DNA of 64,000 bases from a virus (IMGVR_UViG_3300005683_000038:7465-71464); one strand, 5' to 3'. Shown: positions 56,001-63,991, counted from the stretch's first letter. Numbers and translations: made by a program. The notes: generated from the sequence alone by a model not told the origin.

Positions 56001-57608
56001 ACGCCCACGCGGTATGGCCAAATTTCGCTGGTGGATTCCAATGCCACGCTGCTGGCGGCGACCGCCACCACGAGCGGCACGCTGGCCTGGGCCGGCACGA
56101 ACAGCATTCCCACGACGGCCAGCCAGGTGGTCGGCAAATTCAGCGGCACGCCCACCGGCTCGTTGTTCCTGCGCGACGACGGCACGCTGGCCGCGCCGAG
56201 CGTGGGCGGCGTCGCATGGGGCGCAATCAGCGGCACGCTCAGCAGTCAGACCGATCTCCAAACCGCGCTGGATGGCAAAGCCACGATCGCCTCGCCAAAC
56301 CAGTTCACTAAGACGAATGCGTTCGATGCCTTGCGCGCTACCAACATGGCCCAAGGTGTAAGCTCCGCTCTCGTCGGCTGGGTGGCGGACACTAAACTGT
56401 TTACAACAGGGAGCGTCGTGGTGGCTGGTTCACAAATCAGCCTGAGCGGCACGGATGGCGCGTTGCTTTACAACAATGCCGGCGGGGTGGACTTCGCTGA
56501 CTGGAGTGTGTTCAACTCGCAGGGCGGCACGCTCACCACAAACAACGCCACGCTTTCCGGCCTCACGAAAGGCAACGGCGCGCGCGGAGTAATCAATGCG
56601 GATTGGAGCGATGTGCAGGCGCTCACGAGCAATCCGATTCTCACAAACAACCACAGCGCCGCCGTGGTGTTCGGCAACACCATCACCAGCACGCAGTCCA
56701 CCAGCGGAAAATTTGTGTCCAGCGGCACCGGCAGCGGCACAATCGAATTGAAAGATGCCACGCCTACGTATGGGGCGCGCATCACCGCGGCAGCGGTGAT
56801 GACGACGAACTTCAACTACATCCTCCACTCCAATGCCACCGGGGGCGTTCTAAGGGCCGTCCCGCGCTCGGACTCACCGACGAACTTGAACCTCGTGCCA
56901 ATTGCGGATCCAGCAACGTCGCGGTTCGGCCTTCCGCAATTTCTAGGGACCGATGGCACCTCATTCCACTGGACGAACGCCAGCGCGTTCGGTTTCAAGC
57001 GCACTTTTGCGATCATCCCAACCAGAGATGCGAACTTCACATCCATCGGATTGACTTCGCCCAATTCCACAGGAACGCCCGCGGCCATCGCGGCCGGCAG
57101 TTACCATGCCGGAGTGCGCGTCTATTCCGCCGGCACCACCGGCTCGCAGGCGGGCTATCTCACGGGCGCTTACGTGTTCGGATATGGCCAGCCTTATGAC
57201 GTGTCGTTCGTTGTCGCTTCCACAAACTGGTCGAGCGCCCGCTCCTACCTGGGATTGACATCCACCACGTTGGGCAATCTGGTGAATGACCAAGCGCCAA
57301 CCACTCGGCACTTCATCGGTTTTAGGGCGAGCACTAATTCGGTGAACTGGCAATTCGTCACCTGTGGCGGCTCTGGACTGACCGCGACGGACACGGGAAT
57401 TGCGTTTGCCAACAACACGATCACCCGCTTGCGGTTCATCTGCGATGGCTCGACGACTGCCATCGGCTACATCAACGGCGTGAGTGTAGCGACCAATCTG
57501 GCAAATTTGCCCGCCCAGGGAATCGGCCCGGTGTGGGGCATCCAGACGTTGGAAGCGGTGGTCAAGGCGGTGGACATTTACAGCTTTTATGGTGAAGCGA
57601 GTTTTTAG
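53076..57608 (+). CDS. Tail fibre/adhesin with signal peptide, pectate-lyase-like beta-helix and C-terminal lectin-like domain
   Basis: MKRIAVFLLFLMVVASHGA; DRVQAAIDA...LIIP...ITNSL; WGAISGTLSSQTDLQTALDGK. Confidence 0.75.
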   Translation: MKRIAVFLLFLMVVASHGADMRFDFSGFNAYPASNRWMTLQALTPLRGNVINYTSDTSGIKIISNLSSGYFSVVIKAKGNASEIPFQVYVTATDSGLLEASNRTSVAGVQTYPSTGAAAWTIQASDQKYQSIPTNNSTASDGQVISKTGDKAKWIDMSGGGGGGTTYTNNSDGLPGVVVGAGIGTNYASITAPLAGTNETRAVTHTNAANQFRGKLLWTDGTTLLDTADGFLKTTGGILVADIQGTSLNDPDTGADSVLWGNRTLSKDDGATTSLDWQLLHLNGAWRLDTAETNTALTGGVLAADANGKRKIATLSGLSWDGSSLTVNSGGPLVGDGSGLSNVVNASIPMFNSISNMIAASVTNNEVIVNSYWGTNHSPGRFRLFTGTMTTNLGTIFTNGVSGGYRVRVEWLQRTNELKLEWFGTWPNQYDVTSGLRDQSDRVQAAIDATPGDQGVLIIPEYWITITNSLVFTNWRGAYFGGATAATRRPGYRYWPYPVSGFNWNGPTNLAMIKQHNVGHTTFAHFGLDTRPPAQAAYWSNYATLMIDADQLTGHITTTSANRYSGMMFRERGTNAGLVGVRIANTSWDNCEFFHFEDCYFAGSGASDRSQYWMATTNIGAATAIQVGGNGGGANSFSHTLTRCGFDSWQYFVNGNGNWYVQNCYGTAAGVRGYHFTGNAASYLIGVNDEGDRQFAYSTGPLYLESCRIALVSLSVSNIAAVDGPQITMNNCVYNNDPSGNTPSVTNSYNATGRYSGRNNTLASVNNDALSISSWRFSSAFNSLGDFGTIAANNNIQSFPMKTPSALSLTNKVWADYLDSATWPYLTLMPSNGSLAVGSPGGNAVLSVFNTDPAVKYHYSFGDAVKTIRHRGYAGGATTYAEVNGLSQGWQIIQSTNAVFNLKAGNANSTINFQSGYGSITTTGDVAVVRFENDGRVRFPNNTNVEFVGPIHGGVLRATNHLTLFTNDTLASLGATPTRYGQISLVDSNATLLAATATTSGTLAWAGTNSIPTTASQVVGKFSGTPTGSLFLRDDGTLAAPSVGGVAWGAISGTLSSQTDLQTALDGKATIASPNQFTKTNAFDALRATNMAQGVSSALVGWVADTKLFTTGSVVVAGSQISLSGTDGALLYNNAGGVDFADWSVFNSQGGTLTTNNATLSGLTKGNGARGVINADWSDVQALTSNPILTNNHSAAVVFGNTITSTQSTSGKFVSSGTGSGTIELKDATPTYGARITAAAVMTTNFNYILHSNATGGVLRAVPRSDSPTNLNLVPIADPATSRFGLPQFLGTDGTSFHWTNASAFGFKRTFAIIPTRDANFTSIGLTSPNSTGTPAAIAAGSYHAGVRVYSAGTTGSQAGYLTGAYVFGYGQPYDVSFVVASTNWSSARSYLGLTSTTLGNLVNDQAPTTRHFIGFRASTNSVNWQFVTCGGSGLTATDTGIAFANNTITRLRFICDGSTTAIGYINGVSVATNLANLPAQGIGPVWGIQTLEAVVKAVDIYSFYGEASF

Positions 57609-58431
57609 TTGGCTGTGGCTGGCGGTGGCGCTGACGGCGCGCGCGGACCTCTCGCTCTCCGGAAACGGAAGCGTGAGCGGGGCCGTGAGTCTGAGTGCCA
57701 TCGTGTTGCCGGATCCGCCCGGCGCGATCCGAGCCACGAACACCGTGGACTATTGGCTTAACTTCGAGCAGGACGGCCTGCTGACGACGGCCAAGCTCAC
57801 GAACAGCACTTCCACGTCCGGATGGTTCAGCTTCAGCGCGACGCCCGATACATCGATGTTGTTTACCAATGAGGCCGCCAAGGCGCTCCACTCCTACGTG
57901 AAGGTGGGTGGAACGGTCTATGACGACGTCGGTGGCACGCGCGGCTTGAAGTGCGACCTGAGCATCACCAACACCGATTATATCCGCATGTCGTTGCCAG
58001 ACGGTTACGACGAAATCGCCATTGCGGGTTTCTTTAAGACCGATCACCAGTTTGTGAACTTCAACAATTACGACTGGTTGATGACGGAAACCAACAGCGG
58101 GCAGGAGTTCGTGAGCGCGAGCTTGAAGCAGTTGACGTTGCGCGCCCACACCAAATGTGACCAGCTCAGCGGCGGCGATCCCGTTTCCTTCAGTGCAAAT
58201 CAATGGTATTGGGTTTGTCTCACCGCCAAGCGCTCTGACTACGGCCGGGCCTACATCTACTCGACGGCCAACTGGCAGTTGGTCGGCAGCACGGCGCTCG
58301 CCGTTTGTAACTTTGGCTTTAACCGCATGTTGCTCGGCGGCATTGAAAGCCATGGGGCCATTACGAACGCGCATTATTGGTTGGATAATTGGGTGATCAA
58401 ACTCGGTTCAAGCACGCCCATTCCACCGTGA
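57589..58431 (+). CDS. Secreted ConA/LamG-like beta-sandwich protein
   Basis: Signal WLWLAVALTARA; NQWYWVCL, YWLDNWVI. Confidence 0.6.
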   Translation: MVKRVFSWLWLAVALTARADLSLSGNGSVSGAVSLSAIVLPDPPGAIRATNTVDYWLNFEQDGLLTTAKLTNSTSTSGWFSFSATPDTSMLFTNEAAKALHSYVKVGGTVYDDVGGTRGLKCDLSITNTDYIRMSLPDGYDEIAIAGFFKTDHQFVNFNNYDWLMTETNSGQEFVSASLKQLTLRAHTKCDQLSGGDPVSFSANQWYWVCLTAKRSDYGRAYIYSTANWQLVGSTALAVCNFGFNRMLLGGIESHGAITNAHYWLDNWVIKLGSSTPIPP

Positions 58432-58435
58432 CTTT

Positions 58436-58675
58436 ATGACCACGAATCTCGGACAACTCTTGCAGGCGGTGGACGTGCTCGATGAGCAGGCCCGGCTGGC
58501 GCGCGGCCCCAATTGGAATGAACAGGTGCTCGCTCACCAACCGCTACAATTTGCAATGAATACCTTCTGCCAACGCCTGCTCAACCGGCTCGCCCCCGTA
58601 GGCTGGGAGGATGAAGCTGGTTTTCATTACGGACCGGAGCGCGGATCGCTGAACCCGCTACGCATTAGCCGCTGA
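58436..58675 (+). CDS. Hypothetical protein, possibly part of a relic tail module
   Basis: Precedes a TMP-like start. Confidence 0.45.
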   Translation: MTTNLGQLLQAVDVLDEQARLARGPNWNEQVLAHQPLQFAMNTFCQRLLNRLAPVGWEDEAGFHYGPERGSLNPLRISR

Positions 58676-58706
58676 CCACTGACTATTGACCACTGACCAC
58701 TGACTT
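58672..58706 (+). repeat. Five tandem 7-bp units (YTGACYW)
   Basis: CTGACCA CTGACTA TTGACCA CTGACCA CTGACTT. Confidence 0.85.
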
Positions 58707-58712
58707 TTACTC

Positions 58713-58991
58713 ATGGCCGATAACCTCATTGAAATCCTGATCAAGTTCGGCCTCGACAAGTCGAAGGCCGAGGAGGCTTCGCGCGAATTGCGGCGGCTCG
58801 GCGAGACTTCCGCCGCCTCCGGCAATTGTGCGGCTGTCGTGGGCTACATCAACGGCGTGGCGGTGAAAACCAATGCGACCTATTTGCCGGGCGCGACCAT
58901 GACAACATCAATGACCACCTACACGACCGAGAATGTCGCAAAGGGTTATTGTTTTTACAAATATTTCCGTCGCCAAGCATTGACGCCATAA
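58713..58991 (+). pseudogene. Chimeric relic: tape-measure N-terminus fused to a tail-fibre C-terminus
   Basis: MADNLIEILIKFGLDKSKAEEASRELRRL joined to VVGYINGVAVKTN..YLP (compare IGYINGVSVATN..NLP in the 53076 gene). Confidence 0.6.
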
Positions 58992-59392
58992 TGAAAACTT
59001 TCCTGCTGTTTTACCTTTTGTTGCTGGCTGCGCCTGCAAACGCGCAAACCAACGCGCTGTTTATCGGTGCGCCCGCGTCCTCTTGCGTGCTTCAGTGGAA
59101 TTACCCGGCTGCCGAGACGCATAGTAATTTAAGCTTCACTGTTTACACGTCGCCGAGTCTCAGCATCCCGCACACGAACTGGATGAGCGTAACAAACTTT
59201 AGCAGCCTGACAAACTTCACGACGATCAATGGGACGAACATTTACTCGGTGCGTGTAGGCGTGTGGTATGGCACTCAGTTCCATGCTGCAACAGCAGACG
59301 ATACGTTTTGGGGGAAAAGTTTTTTCTCCAACGACGCGTGGACAAATCCGCCTCCACGCCTTGAAAATCGGCTAAGAATCAATTCGCCATGA
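58991..59392 (+). CDS. Secreted FN3-like small protein
   Basis: Signal MKTFLLFYLLLLAAPANA; VLQWNYP...FTVY; TAATG coupling. Confidence 0.65.
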   Translation: MKTFLLFYLLLLAAPANAQTNALFIGAPASSCVLQWNYPAAETHSNLSFTVYTSPSLSIPHTNWMSVTNFSSLTNFTTINGTNIYSVRVGVWYGTQFHAATADDTFWGKSFFSNDAWTNPPPRLENRLRINSP

Positions 59393-59616
59393 CGCAGCCC
59401 CGCCGACAATTCAAAATTGATTGGGCGCGAACGGCGATTGTGCTGATGATCTTCGACCTGTTATTCGCCTTCACCCAACTCAGCAATTCGGAGCGAGTCC
59501 GCAATGAGGATTTGCGGGTGCTTGTGGTTTCCATTATCTGCGCTCGAACGCTCTTGATGTTTATCCTTACTGGTGTTTGTGTTACCTACATTCGGAGCAA
59601 TGAAAGGCGCCAATGA
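59389..59616 (+). CDS. Two-TM membrane protein
   Basis: Two hydrophobic helices. Confidence 0.6.
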   Translation: MTQPRRQFKIDWARTAIVLMIFDLLFAFTQLSNSERVRNEDLRVLVVSIICARTLLMFILTGVCVTYIRSNERRQ

Positions 59617-59936
59617 TCGAATGGACGGAAGAAGCTATCACCTTTGCCAAGCACGCCATCCTTGCGGCAGTGGGCGGACTTGTACGCGAACTGGCCAAGG
59701 GCGGAAAGCACACGCTGGCCGGCTGGATCGGCGGCGCATTGGTGGGAGTGTTCACTGGCTTCTTGGTCGGATTGATTTGCGGACACTACAACGTCGAGCC
59801 GAAAATGACTTGGGCCATGTCCGGCTTGGGCGGCTACATCGGCACGCCATTGCTTGACCTGATGGGCGCTATCGTGAAACGCTTCGTGCGGCGCAACATC
59901 ATTTACCCGGACAAACCACCGACAACATTGAAATGA
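59613..59936 (+). CDS. Putative holin (LydA-like)
   Basis: Three Gly-rich TM segments, basic C-terminus. Confidence 0.6.
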   Translation: MIEWTEEAITFAKHAILAAVGGLVRELAKGGKHTLAGWIGGALVGVFTGFLVGLICGHYNVEPKMTWAMSGLGGYIGTPLLDLMGAIVKRFVRRNIIYPDKPPTTLK

Positions 59937-60241
59937 AAGAGTGGGCATCAAAATCATGGCAGACCGCGCTGGTGTGGAAGCTGGCCATCGTCAAGGCTGT
60001 GCTGTTTTCGTTGGTGACGTTGGGGGCAGCGTGGCAGGTAGCTACCGCCGGCATGGATTTCGGCGCACTCTCATACTGGGATCGCGTCAACATCGTTGTC
60101 GGCATCCTTGTGTTGTGGGGCAACCAGATGATTTCATTCTTCGATAAGACCGCTTCGCAAATTTCCAGTGGACGCCCGCCCATTGGCGCGACGGGTGACA
60201 CCGAACTGCTAAAGCGCCAGAGCCAACCCGAGAACGGATAA
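59933..60241 (+). CDS. Membrane protein, holin-like
   Basis: Two hydrophobic helices; ATGA coupling. Confidence 0.55.
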   Translation: MKEWASKSWQTALVWKLAIVKAVLFSLVTLGAAWQVATAGMDFGALSYWDRVNIVVGILVLWGNQMISFFDKTASQISSGRPPIGATGDTELLKRQSQPENG

Positions 60242-60246
60242 CCACC

Positions 60247-60663
60247 ATGAAACCAACACTGTTTGCCTTAATCATCATCATCGTTCTTAGCTTAACGCAG
60301 GGCTGCGTTCTGCTGAAGAATCAGGAGCAATCCAAGCTCATCGCCGAACGCGCCGCCTATCGCATTTCCCAGCAAGTGCTGAAGCGTCACCCCGAATGGA
60401 GGGAGCACTTCGAGAAGGCGCGGGCGGAACTGGCCGCGCTTCAGGCGCAGCCGAAGCTGGACGCGCTGGCCGTCGTGGAGATTCTTGACCGGCTGCCAGA
60501 GGATGCGCTCGGCGCTGACGGTGCGTGGATCATCACTGATGCGGCGACACTAACGATTATGGTTGTTGGCGATCCTGCGCTAAAGCCGGAAGCAGAGGCA
60601 CAGGTGCGTGCGGTCGTTGCCGGCCTCATTGCTGGACTGGATCGGAGGCTGGCTACACCGTGA
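60247..60663 (+). CDS. Lipoprotein
   Basis: Lipobox LTQG-C. Confidence 0.65.
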   Translation: MKPTLFALIIIIVLSLTQGCVLLKNQEQSKLIAERAAYRISQQVLKRHPEWREHFEKARAELAALQAQPKLDALAVVEILDRLPEDALGADGAWIITDAATLTIMVVGDPALKPEAEAQVRAVVAGLIAGLDRRLATP

Positions 60664-60941
60664 AGCTGCTGCCATTTATTGCCCTGCTGGCGCTCACCGG
60701 CTGCCAGACCTACCACGAGCAGTTCGTGTACTTCAGTCCGACTGGCCAGACGAATCACATCGTTAACGTGGGATTCACGTCCTGCCTCATGTTCGGGGCG
60801 GCGGCGCGGCTCAAGACCGAGACGCAGACGGGTGAATTCATTCGCAACGTGAACGCGGATGGGCTTATTACCAAGCCCGACGCGGATTCGATCAGGGCGA
60901 TTACCGAGGGCGTTGTGAACGGATTAAAGAAAGTTCCGTAG
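60660..60941 (+). CDS. Lipoprotein
   Basis: Lipobox ALTG-C; GTGA overlap. Confidence 0.65.
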   Translation: MKLLPFIALLALTGCQTYHEQFVYFSPTGQTNHIVNVGFTSCLMFGAAARLKTETQTGEFIRNVNADGLITKPDADSIRAITEGVVNGLKKVP

Positions 60942-61197
60942 GAAATGCCATCACGGCATTGATCTTTCGTTTAGCTGACGCGAGCGAGTCAAAACTCCAG
61001 ATGGTTGCTTCGCGCACAATAGCCTCATTGGTTATCACCACTATCCTGCGGATTATGTGAGATGGGAATTGCTCCGCTGTGAGTGATGCCATCTTATTCC
61101 TCCGCTTTCGGTCTAGCTCCCAGCGGCGCATTGCCATTCTTTTTCCGCGCTCGCTGGCTGCCTTAACTTTTCTCCGAATGTAGTAGGACTCACTCAT
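60901..61197 (-). CDS. Basic hypothetical protein
   Basis: Convergent with the lysis-like cluster. Confidence 0.55.
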   Translation of the reverse strand: MSESYYIRRKVKAASERGKRMAMRRWELDRKRRNKMASLTAEQFPSHIIRRIVVITNEAIVREATIWSFDSLASAKRKINAVMAFPTELSLIRSQRPR

Positions 61198-61221
61198 TTA
61201 CGCTCATCAGGCATCTGTTTA

Positions 61222-61250
61222 GATTTGCATATCTGCTTGTTATGCCTCAC
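61222..61250 (+). other. Cassette left boundary: GTTRRRY core site without a full attC (attI/secondary-site-like)
   Basis: GTTATGC at 61239-45; GTTATGCCTCAC is the reverse complement of GTGAGGCATAAC at 63570-81. Confidence 0.6.
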
Positions 61251-63636
61251 TGAGCGCGGCTCCCGTAAAAGATGGCGCAGCCGTGCCCAAAGCGGCACCG
61301 CTGCGGTTGGGTTGGAAAAGATCACGCTCCGCGTCTGCCTCGCCCAATGCGAGATTCGCAGCCGCTTGTTTCCAGTAGCTCGCTTTAAGCTCCGCACCGA
61401 CAAATCTCCGGCCATTCATCAGCGCGACCCATCCTTCGCTTCCGATGCCGGCGAACGGCGACAGAACCAAGTCGCCCGGATTACTCCAAAGAAGCATCGC
61501 ACGACGGATTACATCGAGTTGCAGTGGGCATATATGCCGCTCGTCTTTGTCTTCGCGTGCGCTTCGATATTGGAGCGTGTCCGATGGGTCGATGTCCATC
61601 CACACCGGCGACGCCCACTGCTGCCACTGCTCAACCGGAAACTCTTCGTGCGTGTGCTCAATCGGCTCCGGATTCGCGCCATCCTTCCGCATCACGATGA
61701 GATAGTCCGGCAGACCTTGCCGACTCATCGCGGAGTCTTTTCGGATCTGCTTGTGTAGCAGCCCGAGTGCTTTCGTGCGCTGCATTTGCGTCACCGGGTC
61801 TTTCCAGATCGTGACGCGCGAATGATACACGAACCCTTCGGCCTCGAATGCCAGCCGGATTTGATTCGAGAAGTCTTTCAGACCGATCACGCCGTCCCGC
61901 TCTTTCATGCTTGGGATGTCGAAGCAATGGACGGCGACAAGTCGTCCCGGCATCATCACGCGGCCAAGTTCGCGGACAAGAAACCCGAAGTGCGCCGCGA
62001 ACTCGGAATCGCTCTTGGCGTTGCCCATATCGCGGTCGCTTGCGGAATACGTGTAGAGGCTCGCGAACGGCGGCGAGAACACCGAAAATCCGACGCTGGC
62101 ATCGGGCAACTTGCGAACAACCTCGACACAATCACCGAGGTGCAGTTCGTAGCGCGCTCCGCGCGCCACTTCTTCCACATAGGCGTCAGACGTTCGCCCT
62201 GTTCCTTTGATGTTGGCTTCATTGATTGAGTGCATGTGTTTGACCATTTCTTCAGCCATGCGCGCGGCATCGGATTCTTTTCGTTTGATGTTTGCCACGA
62301 CCGCGCCCTCGGCGCTCGACGTGATGATATAGACCTTGACCTCCTGCTTTTGTCCGAAGCGCCAGCATCGGCGCACGGCCTGATAGTATTGCTCCCATGA
62401 GTCGGACAGCCCGACGAAGGCGACATTACGGCAGTGCTGCCAGTTCATCCCGAATCCGGCGATGCTCGGCTTGGTCACGAGCACGCGAATCTTTCCCGCG
62501 CTGAAATCATGGAGTTTTTGCGCCTTGGCTTCCGGTTTCTCGCTGCCTTGCACTTGCACCGCATCCTCAATCTCCGCTTCCAGCTCATCGGATTCAGAGT
62601 TGAGGTTGCACCAGATTAGCCACGGCTCATCCGAGCCGTTGACCATCGCTGCGCATTTCTTCACGCGGTCACTCACGCTTTCGCGGCGAGCTGCGATGCG
62701 CTCTTGGAGTGTCTGAGCTTCCATCGCGAACAGGAACTCTCCGGCGTTTTGATGCTCGATGCTGATTTGTTCCATGGTCAGCGGGGGCAACACAAACGCG
62801 CCATCGGAGTAGCCGAGATCGGATGGCTTGCGAATCATCACCGCCCACGAGCAAACCCATTTCCAGAACTCCGCTTCCGCATGGCCTTTCAGTCGCCATT
62901 TCGCCGTTTCGCCGCCATCGTGGACGAAGAACATCGAGAGCATTTCCGTGCGACTCATCGCGCCGACAAACTCCGCGTGATTGCCAAGCTCCATGTGATC
63001 GTTCGGTGCCGGCGTCGCAGTGCAAGCCAATCGAAACGGCGTCTGCGCGAACCGCTCAATTACTTCGCGGCGCGTTTTGCCGGCGAAATGCTTGATGATG
63101 CTTGACTCATCCAGCACGACCCCCGCGAACCGGGTGCAATCAAAGTGTTCTAGCATCTCGTAATTCGTGATCGTGATTCCCTCTTTCACGTCCGCGCCAT
63201 CGCGGCAGTAGCGCACGAAGCATCCGAGTTTGGCGGCCTCATCAATCGTCTGCGTCGCTACGGCGAGCGGCGCGAGTATGAGCACGTCGCCTGGTATCTG
63301 CCGCGCCCATTCAATCTGCATGAACGTCTTGCCCATGCCACAATCCGCGAAGATACAAGCACGCCCCCGGCGAAGCGCCCACTTCACGATGTCGCGCTGA
63401 AACGGAAACAGGATTTCATGCGGTTCGCGTGGCGCGATTCCAGACGGATCGTGAATCACCGCCTTAGCCGAGAGAAAGCTTTGGTATCCGTCATCTGTAT
63501 TCGACCGCGCACCGTCTCCGCCCCGCAGACAAACCACCGGAGACCGTGCGCTATCGCCGTTGTAATTCGGTGAGGCATAACCAGCGCATGCAGTCGAACG
63601 CGCCTCCTCTGTGCTGTTCACGCTTTGAGTAGTCAT
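61240..63636 (-). CDS. SNF2-like helicase fused to a beta-class N4/N6 DNA methyltransferase
   Basis: ADCGMGKT, VLDESS, TATPAPN, RRCWRFGQ; then SVFSPPF and VLSPFAGIGS; start ATG 63636 lies inside an attC. Confidence 0.9.
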   Translation of the reverse strand: MTTQSVNSTEEARSTACAGYASPNYNGDSARSPVVCLRGGDGARSNTDDGYQSFLSAKAVIHDPSGIAPREPHEILFPFQRDIVKWALRRGRACIFADCGMGKTFMQIEWARQIPGDVLILAPLAVATQTIDEAAKLGCFVRYCRDGADVKEGITITNYEMLEHFDCTRFAGVVLDESSIIKHFAGKTRREVIERFAQTPFRLACTATPAPNDHMELGNHAEFVGAMSRTEMLSMFFVHDGGETAKWRLKGHAEAEFWKWVCSWAVMIRKPSDLGYSDGAFVLPPLTMEQISIEHQNAGEFLFAMEAQTLQERIAARRESVSDRVKKCAAMVNGSDEPWLIWCNLNSESDELEAEIEDAVQVQGSEKPEAKAQKLHDFSAGKIRVLVTKPSIAGFGMNWQHCRNVAFVGLSDSWEQYYQAVRRCWRFGQKQEVKVYIITSSAEGAVVANIKRKESDAARMAEEMVKHMHSINEANIKGTGRTSDAYVEEVARGARYELHLGDCVEVVRKLPDASVGFSVFSPPFASLYTYSASDRDMGNAKSDSEFAAHFGFLVRELGRVMMPGRLVAVHCFDIPSMKERDGVIGLKDFSNQIRLAFEAEGFVYHSRVTIWKDPVTQMQRTKALGLLHKQIRKDSAMSRQGLPDYLIVMRKDGANPEPIEHTHEEFPVEQWQQWASPVWMDIDPSDTLQYRSAREDKDERHICPLQLDVIRRAMLLWSNPGDLVLSPFAGIGSEGWVALMNGRRFVGAELKASYWKQAAANLALGEADAERDLFQPNRSGAALGTAAPSFTGAALSEA

Positions 63637-63695
63637 AGGATCAGGATTCCAATTCCCGGTTAGCCCCGGCGCGTCGCTGATGCGCATCGTTCGGC
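63575..63695 (+). mobile_element. Integron attC site (A)
   Basis: R'' GCATAAC, 5 nt, L'' CATGCAGT ... L' GCTGATG, 6 nt, R' GTTCGGC; extrahelical bases in canonical positions. Confidence 0.85.
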
Positions 63696-63931
63696 AACTT
63701 CACGATCATCCCGTTTATTCCGACGCGCTGGATCATGTCGTTTCGCTGCATCATTCGCACGGATTCTGGGAGCAGCGTCCGTATCATTCTGTTTGGACGG
63801 CAGTGTTTTAGTCCGCTCCAAAGCTGCCAGTATCCGCAAGGGTGATGGTAAAGGCTATATTCCGTTGCCGAACCATGCGCTCCAGCGAACCCGGCCTCCG
63901 CTTTGCGCTCGATGCTTGTAGTTGACTCCAT
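63641..63931 (-). CDS. Small cassette-borne hypothetical protein with both termini encoded by attC arms
   Basis: AAAGGA RBS + ATG in the attC B loop; TGA in the attC A loop. Confidence 0.65.
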   Translation of the reverse strand: MESTTSIERKAEAGFAGAHGSATEYSLYHHPCGYWQLWSGLKHCRPNRMIRTLLPESVRMMQRNDMIQRVGINGMIVKLPNDAHQRRAGANRELES

Positions 63932-63991
63932 AGTTCCTTTCACGCTCAACGCCCGCCGTCAGGCCGGGTCGCTGAGCTTGGGTCGTTAGAC
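63867..63991 (+). mobile_element. Integron attC site (B)
   Basis: R'' GCCGAAC, 5 nt, L'' GCTCCAGC ... L' GCTGAGC, 7 nt, R' GTTAGAC; CCCGGCC/GGCCGGG stem. Confidence 0.85.

Noticed and set aside
57400-58991. DGR TR/VR pair between the fibre C-terminus and the relic
   Set aside because: Similarity is at protein level only, with no A-specific mismatch pattern and no RT.
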